The notes below the pieces were generated by a model that was given only the letters and a program-made list of their open reading frames with translations, made no database searches and was not told the DNA's origin. Positions 47,637-57,153 of a DNA stretch of 64,000 nucleotides are shown piece by piece (within the stretch, counting starts at the first letter, position 1; each line of letters begins with the position of its first letter). Source of the stretch: a virus. The stretch is from IMG/VR virus record IMGVR_UViG_3300029822_000001, positions 1 to 64,000 of that record; one strand, given 5' to 3'. The position numbers and the translations under genes are program-made.

Positions 47637-48173
47637 CTAGGATAGCAATCTATTGTACATAGCAAGCTTCCCTTCTTTTTCCATCTGTTTATATTCTTCC
47701 ATAATCTTAGATGAAATTGTGGAATTTTCCAACATAGTACTACCTACAACTTCCACTTTGAAATGGGATAAAATAGGCATAATATTATTATAAGATACTT
47801 TAGAGGTATCTTTTACTAAAGATAGCAATTCACTTGAGTTCATTTCAAATGTCCAGTATCCACCCTGTCGTGACCACTGTACTTCCCGAGTTTCTTCTAA
47901 AGAACTATCTTTGACACCTTTTTGAGGTACTAGCTTAATCAAAGCTTTATTATATATCTCTACATTGTGTACATCTTTCAGTCCAGTGCTTTCAAGCTTT
48001 TTTATGTCCCAGTTAAGTTGAGGTTCACTATACTCCTCATTACTTAACTGGTATACCTTATCCTTTTCATCAGTAAAATATGTGTACGTTTCATCTTCAT
48101 CAGGATTAATCCATCGTTTTGTCTTTCTATTGAACAACTTATAACTCATGTGCTTATTCCTCCTTATCTCCAA
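47637..48173 (-). CDS. YopX-like phage protein
   Basis: STGLKD..N.EIY and ..EVVG motifs. Confidence 0.6.
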   Translation of the reverse strand: MEIRRNKHMSYKLFNRKTKRWINPDEDETYTYFTDEKDKVYQLSNEEYSEPQLNWDIKKLESTGLKDVHNVEIYNKALIKLVPQKGVKDSSLEETREVQWSRQGGYWTFEMNSSELLSLVKDTSKVSYNNIMPILSHFKVEVVGSTMLENSTISSKIMEEYKQMEKEGKLAMYNRLLS

Positions 48174-48573
48174 AAAGATGACTTAACTGAGCAAGTACCT
48201 CTTTTTGATGCAAAGTATCCATTTTTGAAAAAGTACTTACAAGTTTGTCAGCTTTTTTATTATTATGCTGTTCCTGTTTATACCGATTATTGTTCTTCGC
48301 CCAGTTCGGGTCTAACATTAGTACGGAGGACATCTTGTTATGAGACATCAACCACATATTCTCAGTGGTACCATACTCATACGGGGGAACTGTACGAAAA
48401 GTATCCTTAGTATTGTCGAAAAAAGTTATTTCTAAACTGTCATCCTGTTCCTTAGGCTCCTTAACAGTTACTGGAGTTTGTACGTAAGTATCCTTTACCC
48501 GCCAGCCCAAGTAAAACTGGTCTTTCTTTTGGTCGTCAAAAACTAAATGATAAGCATCATATACTGTTTCCAT
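48154..48573 (-). CDS. Hypothetical protein
   Basis: Promoter cassette upstream. Confidence 0.6.
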   Translation of the reverse strand: METVYDAYHLVFDDQKKDQFYLGWRVKDTYVQTPVTVKEPKEQDDSLEITFFDNTKDTFRTVPPYEYGTTENMWLMSHNKMSSVLMLDPNWAKNNNRYKQEQHNNKKADKLVSTFSKMDTLHQKEVLAQLSHLFGDKEE

Positions 48574-48988
48574 TAAGTAATTATCTCCTTCCTTGTATGT
48601 AAAAAGGATACCATACTAGGTACCCTTTTGTCAAGTTACTTTTTAGCTAATTTTGCTTACTTGTTACCTTTTTAATCAATGTATGTACCCCTTTCTAGAT
48701 TAAAGTTACTTGTTTTCCCATTCTGGATGTCGTTTAGCAATATCTGATAGATACGTCCTGGTATACTTTTCCGGGTCAGTGTACCGCCCTCGATAGCAAT
48801 CAATAATGTACCCCATTAGTAAGTATCCAGAAGTGTCAATAATTACACTAGTAATAAAGCTAACCATTTTTATTCTCCTTCTTCCAATAGTACGTGTTAA
48901 GCAAGCGACGATAGCCAACGTCTTCAATCTGAATTCCCAGATATATAGCTGTAATTAATGCTGCAATAAATACCATGACGTTTCCTCC

Positions 48989-49237
48989 TTACTTTTTATG
49001 TTTGTACTCATTTGTATTTACCCAAACCTGATACATTTTAGTTTTGTACTTGCTAGGTTGTACAATAATAATCTTTTCTTGATGCTTTAACCTATCTAAA
49101 GTATCTTGATTTACCTTAAGTACCACCTGTAAGTATGGGTCTATCTTACTACTATCCAGAGTAGTTGTCAACCATGTATAGTGATTACTTAAGTTTTCTT
49201 CTGCCTCTTTTAATGTTTGATATTTAGTTGTTAGCAT
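48989..49237 (-). CDS. Hypothetical protein
   Basis: Operonic ORF. Confidence 0.5.
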   Translation of the reverse strand: MLTTKYQTLKEAEENLSNHYTWLTTTLDSSKIDPYLQVVLKVNQDTLDRLKHQEKIIIVQPSKYKTKMYQVWVNTNEYKHKK

Positions 49238-49841
49238 TTCTTATAACCTTTGCTTCCCATTGATGTCGGTATTTACCTTGAGACTTCCAGCAATTAACAT
49301 CGGTACGACCTTCTAGTTCCCATTCATCCCAAGAACTGTTTTGCAACAATTTACCCCCTCTTTTACGAAAGAGAGGTTCCCCGATACTTTTGTAGTACTG
49401 GTCATCGCTCATTAAAGCGTAATAACGTTCTCCTGTACCCTTTTTACCTGCCTTTCGATATGAATACCCACGATGATGCTTACGTCCCTGAGAACGTCTT
49501 ACAGGGCGTTTAAAAGTAGCATAGCTATGGTACACATAGTCGTGAATAACCTTGTAGTTAGGCAGATACTTTCCAGGACGGTTTGGATACTCTTTGGCAT
49601 CCTCTAATAGCAAGCGGCACATGTCGTCAATTGTATTGTACCAGTTAATACCTGAACTATCCAAGACTAGATTCCATTGAAGACGGTTAATGTCAAAATC
49701 GTTTTGACACTCCTTTAGCTTATCAGCTACCTTAGTAAGGTCAGGATTAAATCTCTCTTGGTAATAATGAACGTTATCATCAATAAAAATAGGAACAGTA
49801 CTATGTGGCTTAAAATACAAGACAGGTTGAATAAGGTTCAT
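49224..49841 (-). CDS. Hypothetical protein
   Basis: AGGAGG RBS; C-terminal WD...WK....R.QW. Confidence 0.6.
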   Translation of the reverse strand: MNLIQPVLYFKPHSTVPIFIDDNVHYYQERFNPDLTKVADKLKECQNDFDINRLQWNLVLDSSGINWYNTIDDMCRLLLEDAKEYPNRPGKYLPNYKVIHDYVYHSYATFKRPVRRSQGRKHHRGYSYRKAGKKGTGERYYALMSDDQYYKSIGEPLFRKRGGKLLQNSSWDEWELEGRTDVNCWKSQGKYRHQWEAKVIRNANN

Positions 49842-49858
49842 GGGCTTACCTCCTATAA

Positions 49859-50308
49859 TTACTCCATATTATCCAAGTACTTAGCCAATTCATCAATGCT
49901 GATTTCAACCTTAAAAAGGTCCTCTATTTTGTAGCCAAGGCCTAGAGATGGACGCTTATTAAAAAAGCCTAAAAGTTGTTGTTTAAGTATAAAGGTATTC
50001 TTAGCAAAAAAGCTATGTCTACTTGGGAATTTCGAGGAAAATATCATCTTAAGGTATTCCGTGTGCTTCAGATAGTTAATTAATAGGTACTTTAGAATAT
50101 GTTTGGATACATGTAAAGTACAATAGCTATTACTTTGGTCTAAGTTAATGAGGTATACCTGATAGTACTCATGTTTGTTGCCGGGAATAATAACTAGACA
50201 TTTTTCCCTCATAACTGTGTGGTAGAAGCCATACCTGTACCCGAGTAATTCATTAACCGCTTGTGATAAGGTGGCCTTTAGTACTCGATTAGCAGTTGCT
50301 TCATTCAT
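49859..50308 (-). CDS. Hypothetical protein (start at MNEATAN)
   Basis: Cassette RBS. Confidence 0.55.
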   Translation of the reverse strand: MNEATANRVLKATLSQAVNELLGYRYGFYHTVMREKCLVIIPGNKHEYYQVYLINLDQSNSYCTLHVSKHILKYLLINYLKHTEYLKMIFSSKFPSRHSFFAKNTFILKQQLLGFFNKRPSLGLGYKIEDLFKVEISIDELAKYLDNME

Positions 50309-50369
50309 GCATAACACTCTCCTTTCTTGTATGTAAAAAGGATACCATACTAGGTACCCTTTTGTCAAG

Positions 50370-50723
50370 TTACTTTTTATTCATTTTAGCTCTTTTGCTT
50401 TCTAACTCTGCTAATTGTTCATTTAACTCCTCTAGTACTTTAAGAGACTCTTTGTACTTATTTGTACCGTCTACACCTTCAATGTGTACTTCGTGTACTT
50501 TATCAGTACCTTTCTGTGAGCCCGTTTGGTCAACCAAGCACATAGCAATAAAGAAGGTTATTGCAGCAACTCCTAAGTACCCGAGGTACCAATAGGGTCC
50601 CCAATTAGCAAGTACTAAGATATTCCCCCAAGTTAATAATCCAACAATACCAGCAATACACAGGGCATAAAACAAAGATTTGAACAAATTCCATAATACT
50701 TTGAGTACCTTTTTCATTAACAA
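50370..50723 (-). CDS. Membrane protein
   Basis: Two TM segments. Confidence 0.6.
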   Translation of the reverse strand: MLMKKVLKVLWNLFKSLFYALCIAGIVGLLTWGNILVLANWGPYWYLGYLGVAAITFFIAMCLVDQTGSQKGTDKVHEVHIEGVDGTNKYKESLKVLEELNEQLAELESKRAKMNKK

Positions 50724-51271
50724 TCACCCTCCTTTTTATAGTCAATTAATGGTCCACTACTAATGTCAAAATTATGTGCAATTCTAGCAGCCGCACAGGC
50801 ACTAACTGCTGACAGAGCATCGTCAATAAAAGTATTACAGTTTCCGACGTCCTGTTCACTATCCAGTTCTTTAGCCTTACCTTGCTTATTCTTGTCTAGG
50901 AAGCCAAACGAGGTAACTGCAATGTTACCATAGTCACCCGTTAAACCTATCGCCAAAGTCTCATCAACGGAGAACTGACCGAGGTCTTGTTCTATGATAC
51001 CCTGTAGTGGTTGGTCAAACTTTTGGTTACTAGCCAGTTTATCTAAGTTAATTGCCATAGCTACATGTTGTAGCACATCTCGCTTTAACATTACATGGTC
51101 AACAGCTTCTAAACAGTCGTTAATTGTTAATTCTGGTAAATATTCTTTTTGTAAACTATAGGTTACTTCAGCTAGGTCACTAAAACTAACACCTCTATCT
51201 AATAACTCGTTTAGTACATAGTTAAATAACTCTTCATCGGGATACGTTTTCATATTAATCTTCCTTTTCAT
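50717..51271 (-). CDS. Phosphatidylglycerophosphatase A-like (YutG/PgpA)
   Basis: L..RGV...D, VDE.LA, YG.IA...FG.LDK.K, FIDD...A..A.AAARIAH. Confidence 0.85.
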   Translation of the reverse strand: MKRKINMKTYPDEELFNYVLNELLDRGVSFSDLAEVTYSLQKEYLPELTINDCLEAVDHVMLKRDVLQHVAMAINLDKLASNQKFDQPLQGIIEQDLGQFSVDETLAIGLTGDYGNIAVTSFGFLDKNKQGKAKELDSEQDVGNCNTFIDDALSAVSACAAARIAHNFDISSGPLIDYKKEGDC

Positions 51272-52526
51272 TGAAGTAATAGGTAGATACCCATGGATGG
51301 TTACTGCCCTTACTTAAAATAATTGCTGACTGTCCTGCTTCAGCGTTTCCTAATTCATTTCGAGTAGCATACTGGTCAGTACCCTTGAGACTTGCAGCAA
51401 CAACCACTGTAGCATGGCCTTCTTCTTGCCAGGTACTAAAGGTATGATAGTGACCGGCAATTATTAAATCTGGTTGTACCTCATGTCCCAACCGTGATAC
51501 ATTATCATTTTTCTTACGGTTAAGAGCTTCCCCATGTGTTAATAGAACATGATGACCTAATACATCAAATTCTGAACGGTAGATGTTCTGACTGTTATCT
51601 AGTACTTCCACATTTTTAAGCTGACCTGTTTCCTGCATTAACTTAATGGTGGATAACACAGTATAAGCAACGGAATCATTGAACATTTCTTTGGACTTGT
51701 CTCCAGAGTACCGGTCATGGTTACCCGCAATGATAGAGAAAACTACATGAAACTCGGATTGCATAAGTTGCAATTGCTTAACCACTAGTCCTGTAGCCTT
51801 AGCTACCTGAGCTGCTAAAGGAAATTCACAATTCATTGAGCTAGAATAGTGTAAGTAACTTTGTTCAACTAGGTCTCCAATGTTAACTTCATAGATAGTA
51901 GATAGTCCCATAGACTTGGCAACACTCATAGCATACCGGGTATGTTCCATCAAACGTTGTTGAGCAATTTCCCAATTATATTGATTATTAGGTAAATCCA
52001 CTAAGGCACCAATGTGCATATCGCTGGTAACATCAATGTAAGCTAGTTTTTCCTCCTTAGGCGCTACATAAGGTACAGTCTCCTTAGGTAAGTTACTAAT
52101 GGTACCCTTTAATGCCTCAGACAGCCCGTTCATTAGTGAGGTCATCATGGCCCCTGTCCGAATATCCTTCTTAAGTTCTCGCTGGTACTGACTTACTTCT
52201 AACTGATGTACCGCAGAAGGACTAATTTTAGTAACTACCTTTTGGTCCCAATCTTTTTTAGTCTTGGTACCCATCTTGTTAATATCTTTCTTTAACACAT
52301 CATACAAGGATACTTCGCCATCTCTAACTTGAGTGTATGCTTCTTTAAGCTCTGGTGTTGTATCCAATTCTTGTACCAATTCAATCAATTCTTGCTTGTT
52401 AGTTTTTTCTGACTTGCCTTTTCCTAATTGAGTTAAGTAATCATTTACCCGAGCAACCGGTACCCGGTAACCATATGTCTTATAAAGCTCTCCCAAAATG
52501 TAAGCTAGTTCTATTTTTCTATCCAC
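51255..52526 (-). CDS. Calcineurin-like metallophosphoesterase
   Basis: SDMHIG, GDLVE, GNHDR, HG, GHYH. Confidence 0.88.
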   Translation of the reverse strand: MDRKIELAYILGELYKTYGYRVPVARVNDYLTQLGKGKSEKTNKQELIELVQELDTTPELKEAYTQVRDGEVSLYDVLKKDINKMGTKTKKDWDQKVVTKISPSAVHQLEVSQYQRELKKDIRTGAMMTSLMNGLSEALKGTISNLPKETVPYVAPKEEKLAYIDVTSDMHIGALVDLPNNQYNWEIAQQRLMEHTRYAMSVAKSMGLSTIYEVNIGDLVEQSYLHYSSSMNCEFPLAAQVAKATGLVVKQLQLMQSEFHVVFSIIAGNHDRYSGDKSKEMFNDSVAYTVLSTIKLMQETGQLKNVEVLDNSQNIYRSEFDVLGHHVLLTHGEALNRKKNDNVSRLGHEVQPDLIIAGHYHTFSTWQEEGHATVVVAASLKGTDQYATRNELGNAEAGQSAIILSKGSNHPWVSTYYFNEKED

Positions 52527-52542
52527 AATCTATATCTCCTTG

Positions 52543-53376
52543 TTATTCTAGAATAGCAGTTACCACTTCTGGTACCGTTACATCTGGTAGTACCATGTAG
52601 TCGTTATTGCCTTCACGCACTATATATTGTACACCCTCAGGAAGAGCATCTGCTTTAATCTTAGTTAAACTATCCAAATAAGATACAAATATGAGGATAT
52701 TTTTATAACTAGTAGTAGGAGTCATAATCATATCTGGATGTCCATTAATTGAGTTCTTAACAAGTTCTCCTAGGGAAGCATAAGGGTACTTTTCATCAAG
52801 AAGAACTGCTCTTTGTCCCGTTGTTTTTTCCTTAAAGTAACGTAGAGGGTACTTTCCTTGTACTATCTGTGAATATTGATAGGTAGCTCCTTCTAAGTAC
52901 ATACTTAATTCAAAACTGGGACTTAGTGCCTTAACTAATACCCGATAACCAAATACTTGAAGTATCTGATTCATCATCTCAAGGTCAGCAAACCATTTAA
53001 GGATATCCTTTAAGTACAATGGATTATTAAACAAATTAAAATAATTTTGATGGTACATTTGTAGAAGTACCCAGATACATTTTCCTGCTCCGCCAGTCTC
53101 TAAAGTTTCATCTGTAGATATATCTTGAATAATTACCCCTTTACCTTGTAAATACTGATACTGCTCTTGTACCCTAGCTGTTTTACGCATAGGACTAATA
53201 ACCTTTAACGTGTCTCCTACGTTAACAGATATCTTGCCCATTTTAACCTGCTGGACAAAACTAAACAAGTTTCCTTCAATTAAGTCATCCTTTAACTGAC
53301 TATGTTCTTTTTGTAAAAAGGCTACTGCAAAGCTAAGCAAGCTTTTGCTATTGAAAAGTATCATTGATTTGGACAT
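52543..53376 (-). CDS. Hypothetical protein
   Basis: 277 aa ORF with promoter and RBS. Confidence 0.6.
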   Translation of the reverse strand: MSKSMILFNSKSLLSFAVAFLQKEHSQLKDDLIEGNLFSFVQQVKMGKISVNVGDTLKVISPMRKTARVQEQYQYLQGKGVIIQDISTDETLETGGAGKCIWVLLQMYHQNYFNLFNNPLYLKDILKWFADLEMMNQILQVFGYRVLVKALSPSFELSMYLEGATYQYSQIVQGKYPLRYFKEKTTGQRAVLLDEKYPYASLGELVKNSINGHPDMIMTPTTSYKNILIFVSYLDSLTKIKADALPEGVQYIVREGNNDYMVLPDVTVPEVVTAILE

Positions 53377-53440
53377 AAATAAAACACCTCCAAGGAATAG
53401 TATACCCTAGGGGTGTTAGTTTGTCAACTTTTGCTAATTA

Positions 53441-53626
53441 TTAAGCAGTTGCTGTTGTGAAATCTGGAATTGTTACTTTAGCATTACTCCCTGCGTAAGC
53501 TGCTTGATAGCCACTGTACGTAGTACCAGCAGTTAGACCAGTTAAAACTACAGGAGATACCTGTGCATCTGCTACCTTGTTACCCTGATTATCATATACG
53601 TCAAAATTTTGTACTGTATCTGCCAT
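53441..53626 (-). CDS. Small FN3/Ig-like virion accessory protein
   Basis: SPV.LTGLTAGTTY.GYQ...PDFTT; paralog of the N-terminus of 53705-54166. Confidence 0.7.
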   Translation of the reverse strand: MADTVQNFDVYDNQGNKVADAQVSPVVLTGLTAGTTYSGYQAAYAGSNAKVTIPDFTTATA

Positions 53627-53704
53627 TATTTTGTTCTCCTTTATTAATTAGTTTAATGGAATTGTTGCTGTTGTTGCTGTGGTAGTTACATTACCTACAG
53701 ATGG

Positions 53705-54166
53705 TTATGCAGGCGTAGCTGCTACTGGAGTACCAGTAACAGAACTTGACTTGTCGGATTCACCAGCGCCGTTAATAGCGGTGGCTTGGAAAGTATATTC
53801 CGTCCCATCAGTCAGCCCTGTGATAGTACCTGTTAAAGAATTCTCCAAGTCCATAGTTAAAGGTGTTGTACCATCTGTGTAATAAACTTTATAGTCAGTA
53901 ACGGCACTTCCTGCATTAGCTCCTGCAGTTAGGGTAACATCTACTTGTCCATCCCCAGGAGTAACTACTAAAGTAGGAGCCCCAGGAACTACATCTAGGG
54001 TTGTGAAATCAGGAAGTGCTGTCTTGTTTTCCTGACCAGCATAAGTTGCTTGATAACCCTTATACGTAGTATTAGGATTTAACCCTGTAATACTAACAGG
54101 AGATGCTTGCGCAGCTACTACCTTAGTATTATTTTCATCATAAATGTCAAAAGTTACATCTGCCAT
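53705..54166 (-). CDS. FN3-domain virion protein
   Basis: Two FN3-like repeats (TITGLTDGTEYTFQATAIN.AGES). Confidence 0.8.
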   Translation of the reverse strand: MADVTFDIYDENNTKVVAAQASPVSITGLNPNTTYKGYQATYAGQENKTALPDFTTLDVVPGAPTLVVTPGDGQVDVTLTAGANAGSAVTDYKVYYTDGTTPLTMDLENSLTGTITGLTDGTEYTFQATAINGAGESDKSSSVTGTPVAATPA

Positions 54167-54185
54167 TGATTAAAAACATCCTTTC

Positions 54186-54686
54186 TTATTCTAATGGGAT
54201 TGTTGCTGTTGTTGCCGTTGTTGTTACAGTACCTACTGTAGGGGCCTTAGGAGTACTTGTTGAAGAAACTACTAAGTCAGCCAATTCCTGTGCACTTAAC
54301 AGGTTGTAATCATAGTTAACTGGGGAAATACTCCCTAGGTACAAGGAAATTGCTTGTAATAAAGCTACTGCAACGTTTCCATAATACTTATCAGTTACTA
54401 CTGAACCTAATTCATATGAATAGTTAGGGTCGTTCTTAAGAACATACTTAATAGTTTTAGCAGTAGTATCCCAGGAAATAACCTTTTCCCCTGCTGTAGT
54501 ATATTTACCTGTTTGTACATCTTTTGGAGACAGAGCACGTACAAAATTGTTTGCATCAATTGCAAACAAAATTGGACCTGCACCTGCGTCATCATAAACA
54601 TCCGCTGAAGATAAAGGTTCCTTAACTAAAATATAGTTACCTGTTAAATCTGCTAATGTTGCTGATTTTAAGTCAATTTTTTCCAT
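54186..54686 (-). CDS. Putative virion structural protein
   Basis: TTATATTATA late-promoter-like motif upstream; lies between the sigma factor and the Ig/FN3 genes as in Twort-like phages. Confidence 0.55.
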   Translation of the reverse strand: MEKIDLKSATLADLTGNYILVKEPLSSADVYDDAGAGPILFAIDANNFVRALSPKDVQTGKYTTAGEKVISWDTTAKTIKYVLKNDPNYSYELGSVVTDKYYGNVAVALLQAISLYLGSISPVNYDYNLLSAQELADLVVSSTSTPKAPTVGTVTTTATTATIPLE

Positions 54687-54737
54687 GTGTTTTATCCCTT
54701 CTTATTAACTTCTTGCTCTCAGTCACTTATAATATAA

Positions 54738-55520
54738 TCAGTATGGGTTCCTAACATCTAGTAACCGTTCTCGTAAATCCTGGTACTCTAGTTGTACCTG
54801 AGACATAGAGAGGTTATACTTCTTAGCAATCTCCTCTTTGGTAACAATGACTCCTTGGTCTTTGTTTATAAAGGAATCAATTAAGGCTAACTGAATAGTA
54901 CTTAGAGGGCGATTAGTCGTAATCTCATCTAGTAGGTCATTAAGAGAAGTATCTATCTCTACAGGAGTCGTTACCCGGCTAACTTTACCTCGAACCTTAT
55001 CACTTTTACCCCTAGCCAAAGAGTCCGAGTCATTATAACGATATTGATACTCTACCTTGTTTCCCTCTTCTAATCGGGTATCAATCAGACGTTCTACACT
55101 AGCGTACATATTGTTACTGCTTAGTACATTCTCATTTTTCTTACGAATATCCTGTGACTGACTATAAGACTTACCAACACGCCAGCCGAGCATAGTCTTA
55201 ATGTACCCAGGAAAATCTACCTCTCCCGTTGTATCATACTCAGTTACTAAAGAAACAAAAATATCTAGTACTGCTTCTCCAAGTTCATTTAAATCAGGTA
55301 CCGTATGGTAAAATCTAGCGTATTTCTGATAGGTGCTATAGATTAAAGGCCAGTACTGATTAATCAAACTAGCAGAGTCACGCACAAAAGAGGCTGATAC
55401 TTCAGCCCCTTGCGTATTGTACACCCCTAAGCGTACCAGTGCTTTTTCAGCATTTTCATGACGGTCAAAGTTGTAATAGTTAGACAAACGTTCCATAATT
55501 AAGCTATCTTGATATGACAT
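54738..55520 (-). CDS. Phage RNA polymerase sigma factor
   Basis: F..LV.EYD....VDFPGYIK.ML; C-terminal HTH; synteny after recA. Confidence 0.8.
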   Translation of the reverse strand: MSYQDSLIMERLSNYYNFDRHENAEKALVRLGVYNTQGAEVSASFVRDSASLINQYWPLIYSTYQKYARFYHTVPDLNELGEAVLDIFVSLVTEYDTTGEVDFPGYIKTMLGWRVGKSYSQSQDIRKKNENVLSSNNMYASVERLIDTRLEEGNKVEYQYRYNDSDSLARGKSDKVRGKVSRVTTPVEIDTSLNDLLDEITTNRPLSTIQLALIDSFINKDQGVIVTKEEIAKKYNLSMSQVQLEYQDLRERLLDVRNPY

Positions 55521-55589
55521 GTAGTACCTCTCTATATATATATTAGTACTTTTAGTATACCATATCTAGTATAACTAGTATAAAATACT

Positions 55590-55907
55590 CTAGCTAAGGT
55601 CAGGCTTCTTAATGTAATAGCTAGAATCAATTAATGAAGTATAATTGATAGTTACAGGTACCTTTTCCTTAACAAGATGACTACCAGAACTAGCAATTAC
55701 TTCAGTGTACCCTAAAGCAAACCTAGGATACAATTTAGATAGCTTAATAACAGAAGCACTATTAGCAATACGATTAGTACGAGTCATTAAAACAATATCT
55801 TCCTGACTATCAACATACTTACGAAGCTTATCCCGTACACGCTTAATTTGCTCTGGTTCCTTATAGGTATCAGACTTTGACTTCCAAGAAGCTTTACTGA
55901 CTGCCAT
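55590..55907 (-). CDS. Conserved hypothetical protein
   Basis: KLYPRFALG..., syntenic between recA and sigma factor. Confidence 0.65.
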   Translation of the reverse strand: MAVSKASWKSKSDTYKEPEQIKRVRDKLRKYVDSQEDIVLMTRTNRIANSASVIKLSKLYPRFALGYTEVIASSGSHLVKEKVPVTINYTSLIDSSYYIKKPDLS

Positions 55908-57142
55908 TACTTTTTAGCCCCCTTTTTCTTAGGAGTACCGTGTGTTTCCATGTAGTTACGATAGTTGAAATTCTGTTGTTCAACTGGTAACTTCTCCTGG
56001 ATATCAATGTAGTACTCACGTAATCCTTCAATAAAAGGAAACTCTTCTACAGTCATTTCTAGGTTTTCATTGAATAATGGAGGGTAGCACTGAGGACAGT
56101 AGGCTTTAACACACTTTTGCCATAATTCCTTAAATAGCTCCGAGTCCTGATTCTGACTCAGGTAATCACGGAAATCATGCATAGACTTACTAATAATTTC
56201 ACCATCATCTGTAATGTACTTTTTAGGGTTACTTCCTGTAATTAGTCCTAAGCTGAAAGCACATTGATACAGATTATATCCTAAGTCAAATCCAGACTGA
56301 TTAGTAATGACACCTTCAAAAGGTAAACTATCACTGTCACCAACTTTTGTTTTACGAACAACCAAAGTAGAGATACGTCCAATCTCTGCCTTATCTGAAG
56401 CATTTTTGCCAAACTTTTTACCCTTATTGATTTGGATACGGTTTGAAAGTACATGCTCCCAGCCTTTACCTCCAGAGGTCTTAACCTGCTTGTACCGAGG
56501 GTTAGCCGCATTTAAGTCGTCACGAGCTTGGTTAACTGCTAGAAGGGTACCCCCATTTTCCTTTAGATTAGGTTGTACCTTGCGCATAACGGTATTAATT
56601 GCCCGAGCAGCTCCTGCAACAGTACTGGAGTCTAAGTCTGAGGATTCTTCCATGTTACTCAGAGTAAACGCAACAGAGTCCCATACGAATAGTACCTGTT
56701 GTCCTGGGCGCTTATCTGAAATAGTAGCAAGGTCTCGAATAATCTTTTCCCCAATCTGTTCTACAGTAATTGGATGAACAGTACCCTTAGAGTCTCGCTT
56801 AGCTCGTACTGAAATCATCTTAGAAGGGTCAACCCCGAGTTGCATCGCCCGAGAGGGCGGAGTTGTTTCTTCAACATCAAATAGGTATCCAAGACCTCCT
56901 AACTTTTGGAAGTTACGAAGGATTAACAAATAGAAAGTACTCTTACCTGCTCCAGGAACCCCAAATACTTCAGAAACTGAGCCGGAGGCTGGAATACCTC
57001 CTTCTAAGGCAGCATCCACCATAGGAATACAGGTTGGAATCCAATCTTTAACTTCCTGATTCTTTTGGTCTTCGTACACAGATAATTGTGGGTCAGAAGA
57101 TACCAATGAATTAATTACATCACCTAAGTCTTCGCTAGACAA
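55907..57142 (-). CDS. recA: RecA/UvsX-like recombinase
   Basis: GGIP...SEVFG.PGAGKST, WDSVA, NQ.R, SGGK. Confidence 0.92.
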   Translation of the reverse strand: MSSEDLGDVINSLVSSDPQLSVYEDQKNQEVKDWIPTCIPMVDAALEGGIPASGSVSEVFGVPGAGKSTFYLLILRNFQKLGGLGYLFDVEETTPPSRAMQLGVDPSKMISVRAKRDSKGTVHPITVEQIGEKIIRDLATISDKRPGQQVLFVWDSVAFTLSNMEESSDLDSSTVAGAARAINTVMRKVQPNLKENGGTLLAVNQARDDLNAANPRYKQVKTSGGKGWEHVLSNRIQINKGKKFGKNASDKAEIGRISTLVVRKTKVGDSDSLPFEGVITNQSGFDLGYNLYQCAFSLGLITGSNPKKYITDDGEIISKSMHDFRDYLSQNQDSELFKELWQKCVKAYCPQCYPPLFNENLEMTVEEFPFIEGLREYYIDIQEKLPVEQQNFNYRNYMETHGTPKKKGAKK

Positions 57143-57153
57143 GTTAATTCCCC

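Larger units (their letters stand above)
43560..50376 (-). promoter_or_regulatory. Third repeated promoter cassette family (4 copies)
   Basis: TTGACA-N17-TA(C/T)(C/T)CT...TACATACAAG(G)AAGGAG near 43560-43617, 45354-45412, 48584-48640, 50319-50376. Confidence 0.8.
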
